From: Scenedesmus sp. PABB004
Lineage: Eukaryota
Assembly: GCA_014905635.1 (NCBI GenBank)
Contig: JABVCE010000017.1
Location: forward strand, 620,001 to 684,000
Direction of reading: 5' to 3'
DNA length: 64,000 nucleotides
The notes beneath the pieces were generated by a model. It was not told where the DNA came from, ran no database searches, and saw only the letters and a list, made by a program, of their open reading frames with translations. Shown here piece by piece: positions 46,703-64,000 of this stretch (positions are counted from its first letter, which is position 1; every line of letters begins with the position of its first letter). The translations under genes and the position numbers were made by a program.

Positions 46703-48102
46703 CCGCCGCGCCCACGCGCAGCGCTGGCGACCGCATGGCCGCCCCCCTGGGCGCTGCCACCAGCGGCCGGCAATGCATGCACTTGAACTCGAAATGCATG
46801 CAGTGGCTGTGAGTGCCAGCACTCGCGACACTCGGGACTGCCGCACGCACGGCACGCAGCGGCGTCCCAGCCCACCCTCACTGGAAGCTCGGCGTGCGCG
46901 TGTGGCGGCCGCCGGCGGCGCGCCGCGCCCGCTGCGGCGGCTGCTGAAGCGCGCCGGCGTCGCCCGGGGATGCGCGCCGCCGCGCGCCCTGGCGCTGCCA
47001 GCCGCGCGCGCACAGTGCGCGCGCGCTGCGCAGCTGCGCATACGCGTGCCTGGCAGGGCCCTGCTGAACTATCGCTGGGCGGGGGGCGTTGCTGAGAACC
47101 ACTCTGCCCGGGGCAGTCATTTGTGCCAGAGACTCTGGAAGAACAAACCTGGGCGGCGGGTCGCACGCGAGGGGCTCTGGCAGCAGCGGCGAGCCGGCGG
47201 GGAGCGGGGCTTGCTGCCGGGTGCAGTCGATGCTGGTGCTGGCGAGTAACCGGCTCGTAGGGAGTCTCAAAGCTCATTCAATCTCTCGAGCAGCTCTCGG
47301 GCAGCTCCGCACGCCTGGCAGAGCCGGCGGTCGGTGGCAGCATGGGCCGGTCAGCCAGGCATGTGTGCGGAGGGCGCTGGCAGCGCCGCCCGCCCGATCG
47401 ACGCGGATTTGATTTATGCAAGCTTCATGAGCTGCTTGGGAGCTCGAGAGCGCTCGGCGCGCCTCGGAGCGCCGACGCGACGCGGGGCCAGCCCGCGGAG
47501 GGCGCCCGCCCGGCGCGCCCCTGTGCGCCCCCCGCGGGCCAACTGAGCGCTCCTCAGAGCTCTTAGACGCCACTGAATCGGCCTGGCGGCCCCGCAGATG
47601 CGGTGGTGGGGGGCCAAAACCTCGGCCAGTTATCGCGCGCGCGCTCAACTGCACGCACTCGTTCATAGGCATGCGCGCGCCCCCGCTGCCGCCACCCACT
47701 AGTGCTGGACGATTGCACCATCGGAGCGTAGCAGCAGGCGCCAGGGCGTCGCACACCCCCCGGCGTTTGCTTCCCGGTAACTGCGGTCAAGGCGCCGGCG
47801 TTAGGTGCGCGCGCAGGCCGCTGCGCAGCCTCCACCAGAGTCAGCGCAGCACGCGGAAGCGCTCAGGCTGGCGCGCAGGCGGCTTCTGGGCCGGGGGACG
47901 CCGCGCCGGCTCGGCGCAGTTGCGCCATGCCGGCCGCGGATACCGGCCCCCTGGCGCGCCGCAGCCCCGCGCGTTGCGCCCAGCTGCCAGAGCAGTCTCG
48001 CTTGCGTCTACCGCGCCGGCTCTCGTGGCCCCCACCTCACGCGCCCGCCCGCGCTCCGCCGCGCCGCGTTGCTGCCCCCCGCAGGCCGAGCGCGCCGCAA
48101 AC

Positions 48103-51100
48103 ATGAAGTCCGCCACGCTCCTCGTGGCGCTGGCGCTCTGCAGCGCCGTCTTTGGTGCGCGCGCGGGCTGCACGTCACCGCGGGGCGCGGGAAACGGGGG
48201 GTCCCGCCCGAGTCGGGGAGCGGGTCAGCGAGCCGGCCAGCGCGCGGGACAGCACCCCAGGCCCACTGACACGGTGGCTTCCGCGACCGGAGCCGGGCGG
48301 CTGGCTCCTGCCAGGCGCCCGGGCCCCGGCGGGCAGCGGCGGCGGCGCGCCAGCAGCGGCGGCCAGCCCCCGGCGCGGGGGCTCTCGGGGCCAGCTCAGC
48401 TCACGGACAGCCAGCGCGCCCTGCCTGGCTGTCAGCCAAGCCTGGGCGCGTCAGCCCAGCTCGCGCCGCGCGCCACCCGAGCCCCGGCGCGCCGCGCCCG
48501 GCCCCCGCCTGACCCCGCCGCCGCCCGCCCGCCCCGGCCCGCCGCCCCGCAGTCGCACAGGCGCGCCCGCGCCGCGAGCTGCAGCAGGCCCCCTGGGACC
48601 CCAACGCGCCGACGCCGGTGCTGACGGTGCTGCCGCTCAAGTCCAACGACACCATTTACGCCACCGGCGTCGTCGACAACCGCGTCCCCGTCGTCGCGCC
48701 CGACGGCACCATCACCTGGCTCGGCGAGAACCGCGTGACGGAGGAGGACGGCGCGGGCAACCCGATCAGCGTGTCCCAGTCCATCACCGCCAACTACCCC
48801 AACAAGGAGTTTGACAACCCCGAGGGCTGGCGCTTCAAGACCAAGGCCAACGCGAGCATGACGATCGTGTCCAAGGGCAACGTCGACCTCTTCAACGCCG
48901 CCACCGCCAACGGCAAGCTCGCGCCCGCGATCGCCAAGGCCGGCACCAACGCGATCGTCAACGGCGGCGGCTTTGCCGTCACCGACGCGCTCGCGTTTGG
49001 CCGCCCGGGCCTGCAGTACGGTGCGACCGTCGCCGTGGCCGACCAGTACATCGTGGACACCACCCAGGACGCAACCCCGACCGCGATCAGCACCCAGTCC
49101 GGCTTCGTGGACGATGGCATCCTCGCCGGCGTGGCGCGTGCGCGCGCGCAGGCCGGGCAGGGCGAGACCGTTGCGCTCGCGCGCAACGTGATGAACACCA
49201 ACGTCGGCGGCACCGTCTCCGACGTGCGCATGAACGCCAACTCCGCGAAGTGGTGAGCGGCGCGCGCTGCCTTGCCCTGCCTGCCTGCCTGCGCACGCGC
49301 GGCGCTGGCTGCGCGCGCGCGTGCGCACGCTGGTTGGGCGCCGCGCGCCGCCGCCTGCGCACGCTCACTCCTGCGCGCGCTCCCTCCCTCCCGCCCGCCA
49401 ACAGGTACATGGCGCCCGGCCACGCCATCGGTGGCGCCGCCAACATCCAGCGCACGGGCCGCCTCTACCAGTTCACCCAGGGCCGCACGCGCTCCGACCT
49501 CGGCACGGCGCAGGGCGGCGTGCTCAACTGGGGTGTCTCCAACGGTGTCACGCCCTGGGCCGCCAAGCTCGTGCCCAACAACATCTACTCCGAGATCGAT
49601 AACACCGTGAACAACGACGCCGGTAACGCCGCCGCCGGTTTCCTCAACATCCAGAAGAGCTACGGTGGCAAGGTCGCCATCCGCAACTTCCCCGGCGCGA
49701 CCGCGTCGACCGCCGTCGGCAACGCCGAGGCCGGTGGCGTGACCATCGCGTACTCCGAGGGCGGCAAGGCCCAGATCGGTGATTACGACCAGGAGAACGA
49801 CTCGCCCGGTGAGCGCCGCCGCGCCTTGGGTTTAGGGCGCCGCCGCGCCGCCTGCCTGCCTGCACGCGCGCGCGGCACTTGCATGCGTGGCCTGCCGGAC
49901 GCTCACCCGCCGCCGCCGCCGCGGCACCGCAGAGAACGACGTCGCCGCGACCACCCGCGGCCGCGGCACCGCCGAGGCCGGCCAGATCAACATCGCCCTC
50001 GCGCCCAACGATGATGCCGAGTCGCTCGGCGACGTCAAGGCCACCGCCAACCAGGGGTCCGCCGTCGCGGGCGCCTTCACGCTGACCAACGCCTACGGCA
50101 CGGCCGAGCAGGGCGTGGACGTCAACGCGCGCACGAGCGAGTACCAGGCCATTGCCGGCAACGTCGGCGTGTCCCAGGCCCAGGAGCGCAGCGTGCTCGC
50201 CAACTCGGCGACCGCCAAGACCACCACCGGCTCCGCCCTCGCGTACAACATTGCCAACGCCGCCGTGTCGGAGCAGAACTCGGCGACGACCTCGTCGGAC
50301 GCCACCACCACCACCGGCCAGGCCGCGGGTATCGCCGTGTCGACCTCCGTCGGCGGCGTGCACTCCGACTCCCAGGGCGCCGCCTCGGCGACCACCTCCA
50401 CCGGCAACGCGCTCTCCCTCGGCGTGGGCGTGTCCGGCTCCGCGTTCACCACCCGCGCGGTGTCCACCTCCGCCGCCGCCTCCAAGGAGGGCCAGGCCGT
50501 GTCCGCGTCGTGGTCGGGCGCCGCGTCGGGCGACGCCACCGCCGATACCGCCTCGTCGGCCGCCACCACCACCGGCAACGCCGCGTCCGCCGCCCAGGGC
50601 TACGGCCTCGGCGTGCTGCAGGGCAAGGCCACCGTCGCGTCGTCGTCGGGCACGGAGGCCGGCTCCGCCGGCTCCCTCGCCGTCGGCGTGTCCACGGGCG
50701 TCATCCAGGCGCAGTCCAAGGTCGCCTCGTCGGCCGAGACCAAGGACGGTCGCGCGCAGTCCCTGGCGGGCGCGCTCTCCGCCGCCGGCGTCAACTCCAT
50801 CGCCTCGGCCACCTCCAGCGGCGCGTCCGAGACCGGCGACGTGACCTCCAACGCCCAGGCCGGCGCCATCGGCGTGTTCCACGGCGAGGCCGCCGCGACC
50901 TCCAGCTCCGGCACCGGCTGCGTCGACTGCATCAGCGACTCCGTCGCCAACGCGGTCGCGACCGGCGTGGTCGCCGACGCGCTCGCGCGCTCCGCCGCCG
51001 ACAGCGACAAGAACCCCGGCAACGCGCTCGCCAACGCCATCGCCGTCGGCCTCATCTCGCGCACGAGCAACGGCGGCAGCTCGCGCATCGCCGTCGGCCC

Positions 51101-51230
51101 CGGCCAGGCGATCAGCGGCGGCTTCGCCGTGTCGGCGGGCAAGAAGGTCCAGGACACCATCAACGCGGCGATGGACCCCAAGGCCAAGGCCGCCTCCGTG
51201 GCCGCCCAGACCGCCGGCCAGAAGGCGTAA
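48103..51230 (+). CDS. Secreted Ala/Ser/Thr/Gly-rich repeat protein, paralogue 2
   Basis: Signal peptide MKSATLLVALALCSAVF, RRELQQ motif; introns 48155-48552, 49253-49404, 49809-49932; strong C-ending codon bias; TAA 51228-51230. Confidence 0.85.
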
Positions 51231-52103
51231 GCAGCTGCAGCTCCCCAACCCCAGCCTGATACGTACCACAGCCCCCATACGTAGCGGCGGCGCGCCCGCG
51301 GCGGCGCCGCGCCCCGCGGCGCCGCGCGGCGCCCGCCCCGCGCCGGCGCGCCTTGCCTGAGGCGCGCCGGTTTTTGGGGCGGGCCGGCCGCCGCGCGCGC
51401 CGCCGCAGCTGCGCCGAGTGCGTGCCACCCATGTGTGTATGATGTGTATTGGTCACTGCATGGGCGTTGGACGATGCGGCGCGGCTCACGACGGCTTATG
51501 GTGTGCGACCAACCCCGGCTTGCTGCTGCGCGGCCACGAAAACAAAAACTGATGGTGCATCCCCAGCACTAGGGCTATAGCGCATGCTGCCGAGCTAGTC
51601 GGCAGCGGGGCGGGCGTTGCGACACACGCCGCCCCCGGTGCGTGCGACCACCGTGTGCGGGCCCGCGGCGGGCGCTGGCGCCGCCGCCGCGCGGGCGCGC
51701 GCGTTGAGACATACGCGGCGCCGGCGGCGGCCGCCGCGCGGCCGCCGAGACCTCGGATCGCTTCCGCGTGTGCGTGGGCAGCCCGGCGCGGGCGGCGTTG
51801 AAAGACACGCACCCGCACCCTTAACTACCCTGCACGCCTCCTGCGCGCCGCGGTCCCGGCTTGCCCGCGCGCGCGTGCCAGCCTGCAGCAGCCAGCGGCG
51901 ACAGCCACCGTCGGCAGCCCGCCTCGCCAGCTGTCCAAGGTCGGGAGAGCCGCCGCCAGCGCTCGCGCCAGCCAGTCCCATCTTGGCCCGGCAGCGCCCG
52001 CCCGCGTGGCTGTAGCTGCCAGCGCTGGCAGCTAGCCCACCAGCGCAGAGCTGATCGGGGCCGGAGAGGCAGCACGGCCGCGCGTCGTTACAACGACCAG
52101 CCC

Positions 52104-52597
52104 TCACAGCGCGGCGCCAGCGGCGGCCGCCGCCGCGAGCTCGCGCAGCGCGGGCGCGAGCAGGCCGGGCAGGGCGTGCAGGTAGGTCACGCCCTGCTGC
52201 ACGTCCCGCGCGCGGCTGTGCGCGCCGAGCAGCCCCCGCGCGCCGCTGCTCACGCCCAGGCCCGCGCCCTCCAGCCCCACGCTCGTGTCCGTCAGCAGCA
52301 CGACCAGCGGCGCCGCGTCCGCGGCGGCGCCGCGCCCGCCGCACGCGTCGCCCGGCGGCCCCGGCGGCTCCGGCGCGCGCCGCTCGCGCGCCGCGGGCGC
52401 GGGGCTGGCGCCCAGCTGCAGCGCCGCCACGCACATGTGGCACGATGCAAGCGTGCGCGCCATCGCGCCCGGGTGCGGCAGCAGCGCCTCGTCGAGCACG
52501 CGGCGCAGCAGCTCGCGGCTGCTGCTGTGCGAGAGCCAGCGCGAGAGCGCCGTCAGCAGCGACAGCGCCGCCGGCAGCAGCAGCGGCGCGGCGACGC

Positions 52598-52628
<31 letters not shown>

Positions 52629-55258
52629 GCGCGCGCGCGCCGCCGCCGCGCCGGCGCCGCCGGCGCCGCCGGCGCCGGACGTCACCGAGAACGACGAGCC
52701 GCCGCCGGCGCCGCCGCCGCGCCCGGGGGCCCGCTCGCGCTCGCGCTGCCGCCGACGGGCGCCCCGCCCCCGGCGAGGCGCAGCTCCGCGCGCTGCCGCG
52801 CGCGCTCGGCGAGGCCGCGCACGGCGGCCGCGTACGCCGAGGCGGCCATGGCGGGCCCCTCGTGCGGGCCCTGCCGCGGCGACGTGAGCAGGTGGCCGAG
52901 CTGTGTGATGATGAGGTGCTCGAGCGCCAGCGGCCGCAGCGACAGCAGCTGCGGGTCGGTCACCACCGCCGGCGCCGGCGCGGCGCCGCCGCCGCACGGC
53001 TGCTGCTGCTGCTGCGGCAGGAGGCCCGGCGCGCCGGCCGCGGCGGCCGCCTCGGCCGCCGCGCGCTCCCACGGCGCGCCGACGTCCAGCTCGCCGAGCT
53101 CCCCCAGCGAGCCGTCCATGCTCAGGGAGCACGCGGGCGTGCCGCCGCGCGCGCCGGGGTCGGCCGACGGCTCGCGCGCCGCCGCCGCCGGCGCCGGCGC
53201 CGCCGCGGGCTGCCCCGCCGCCGCGGTGGCCTGCTGCTGCTCCAGCACCTCGGCCTCGCCGGCCGTCGCGGCGCTGCCGACGACCGCCTGCAGCACGAGG
53301 CTCGAGAGCGTCGCATAAAACGTGAAGTGCGCGCCGCCGCCCATCGCAGCGACCTGGCGCACGAGCGTGCTGCCGCCCGCCCGCGCCGCCGCCGCCGGCG
53401 CGCCGCCGCCGCTGCCGCCGCCGCCATCCCAGGGGCCGGCCGCCTCGGAGCCCTGCTGCGTCGCGCCGGAGCCCGCGCGCGAGAGGTGGCCGGCCGACGT
53501 GGCGGCGCGCGCGGCGGCCGACGGCTGCAGCCGCGCGGGCAGGCCGAGCATGTGACCGATTTCAGCGTCCAGCGCGCCGAGGACGCAGTGCCACGCGTTG
53601 AGGCGCAGCTGTTGCAGCAGCAGGCCGTGGATGGCCGCGGGGCCCGCAAACACCACGGGCGGCTCTGCGCAGACGGGGCAGGGCGCGCGCGCAGGTGCGG
53701 GCGCGCCGCTTGGCCGCCCGCCCACGCTGCGCGAGGGCCTCCCCCCGCGCCGCGCGCGCGCGCGCGTCGGCGCCCCGCCTCCCCCCCCGCCCCGCCGCCG
53801 TCCCGCCGCCCCGCCGCGCGCGCGCGGGGGCGCCGCACCCTCCGCGGCCTTGGCCATCACGCTGGGCGGCCCCTCCGCGCGGCGCGGCGGCACCTGCACG
53901 CGCAGGCCGCCCGAGGGGTCTTTGAGGATGCGCACCACGCCCACGGGGCCGCGCCCGATCGCCGCCGCGTCGTCGTCGGGGCCCTCAGGCGGCGCCGCCG
54001 CGAGGCGCAGGTTGGCGGCGTACGCGTACGCGCTGTCCGCCGGCTCCCGCGACACCTGCGCCCCGCACCGGTGCGGCGCGGCGGCGCGGCGCCGGCGGCG
54101 CGCATGGGCAGGAGCCGCGCCCGCGCCTGCGCACACCACACGGCGAGGCACGCGCGCAGGCACGCAGGCACGCCCACGCCGCCAGGCGCACTTGCAGCAG
54201 CCTGGCCGCACCTTCCAGTAGCGCTGCAGGGACGCCACCTGGCCGTAAAAGGCGTCCTCCTTGGCCCCAAGCGCCGCGAGCGCCGCGGCGCCCTCGCTCA
54301 GCGCCGCCGCGGCGGCCGCCGCCGACGCCGCGCGGCGCCGGAACCTGCGCGGCGCGCGGGCGGCGCGCGGGCGGCGCTCGGCGCTCAGCGCGCGCGCTGG
54401 CGGCGGCGCCGGCGTGCAGCCGCTGCCCCCCCCCCCCCCCCCCCCCACACACACACACCCACACCCACACCACACCCAGCCAACCGCACACGCACCGCGC
54501 GTTGGCTGCGATGGCCAGGTCGGCGAGGCGCTGCGGGCCGGTGACCTTCTCCACGCGGCCAACGGTGAGATACTTTCCCTCCGCCAGCGTCACGAGCGTG
54601 GCCTGCAGCCACTCCAGCTCGCCCTGCCGCCCGCGGGGCGAGAAGGCGCGCGCACGCGGCCGCGCGTCAAACAGCAAGGCGCGGGCGGCGGCTGCGGGCC
54701 GGGCGTCGCCGCGCGAGCGCGCGAGCCCCGCGCGCGCGCGCGGGCCCCGGCGCCGCCGCCGCGCCTTGGCCGCCGCAAACGCTTTGATCACTTCGTCCGG
54801 CCGCGGCTCCGCCTCCTCGTGCGGCGCGGCGGCGCCGTCGCCGTCGTCGGTCAGCTGCGCCGGCTGTGCATCGCCGTCGGCGGCGGCGCCGCCGGCGACG
54901 GCGGGGCCGGCGGCGGCGCGCGCCTGCGCACGCGCGGGGGCGAGCGCCGCGCGGGCGGGCGGCCGCGTGGGCGGCGGCACGGGCGCGGGCGCGGCGGCGC
55001 GCGCGCCGCTGCAACCGCCGCCGCTGCTGCCACGCGCCGGCCGCTGCCGCCCGCGGCGCGCGCCGCTCTGCACCGCGCCTGGTGGGCGGCAAAGGGGTCT
55101 TTCAGCTGCATGTGGACCCAGGGGTTGTCGTCCGCATGCTCCTCGTCCCCGCCCGGCCCGATGCTGCGCACGCGGGCGCGCGCCGGCGGCAGCACGAACG
55201 CGGCGCGCGGCGGGAGTGTCGTCGCTGGCTGCTGCGCCGCCGGGCCGCCGGCGGACAT
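52104..55258 (-). CDS. MED17: Mediator subunit 17, multi-exon, with an apparent 1-nt frameshift at ~52725
   Basis: The N-terminal part resembles plant MED17 as I recall it: LPP...VRSIGPGGDE, ELEWLQATLVTL..GKYLTV, LADLAIAANAR, EDAFYGQVASLQRYWKV (cf. EARFYGALIRLQRNWKV). TGTAA on the minus strand at 52088-52092 after the stop. Confidence 0.7.
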
Positions 55259-55649
55259 GGAGGGCGGGATCAGGAGGCCGGCCGGCGGGGCGCTGCCATG
55301 GGCCGCGGCCCCCGGCGGCGGCGGCGGATCGCCCTGCGCGCCGCTGCTCCTGGTGCCGCTGCTGGGGGCGGGGCTGGGGCGGGCGTGTGCAGGTTGCTCA
55401 GATCGCGACGGGCGGAGTGGGCGGAGTGGGCGGGGGCGCCGCCGCAAGGGGCCCGCCGCGGCGGCGCGGCGCTGTCGCTCGCTCGCTGCCGCGGTGCAGG
55501 GTCTGGGAGGCCTCGCGCGCGCCAGCCTGCCGGAGTGAGGACAGACGGCACACACACCCAGGCCTGCGAGCACGGGAGCGCGCCAGCCCGGGCCGCGCGC
55601 TGCGGCCCGCGAGCCGAGGCTGCGGGCGCGGGCGCTTCCGCCGGCACCG

Positions 55650-64000
<8,351 letters not shown>

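Noticed and set aside
46703..48102. Possible small gene or ncRNA between the two repeat-protein paralogues
   Set aside because: No coding-like codon bias, tRNA/rRNA/snRNA motif or convincing exon chain; consistent with 3' UTR, promoter and perhaps a 5' UTR intron.

Overview
Extremely GC-rich, intron-dense eukaryotic nuclear DNA from a chlorophyte green alga. A Sphaeropleales/Selenastraceae-like source is an inference from the GC content, TGTAA poly(A) signals, TTTAGGG repeats and a plastid-targeted rpL19. Most ORFs in the supplied track are GC-rich shadow frames; the real genes are spliced. Gene order: hypothetical Gln/Ala-rich gene (+), ATP-dependent PEP carboxykinase (-), helical-MYND gene A (-), IPK1 (-), ankyrin/PAM2/RING E3 ligase (+), helical-MYND gene B (+, frameshifted), plastid rpL19 (+), PEAMT (-), AP-4 epsilon (+), unknown secreted protein (-), two paralogous secreted Ala/Ser/Thr/Gly-rich repeat proteins (+), MED17 (-), and a LOV-domain hybrid histidine kinase (+, running off the end). 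Most interesting: (1) a ~3.2 kb inverted duplication carrying the two MYND genes, with near-identical introns and MYND domain but a helical body that diverges on one helix face, and arms that start at the stop codons of the two enclosed genes; (2) an unusual intron grammar: many AG|GC donors, strand-polarised TTTAGGG/CCCTAAA repeats, duplicated exon ends and an 88-nt TIR element; (3) ~29-residue beta-solenoid-like secreted proteins. All coordinates and splice sites were read by eye and need RNA-seq confirmation.
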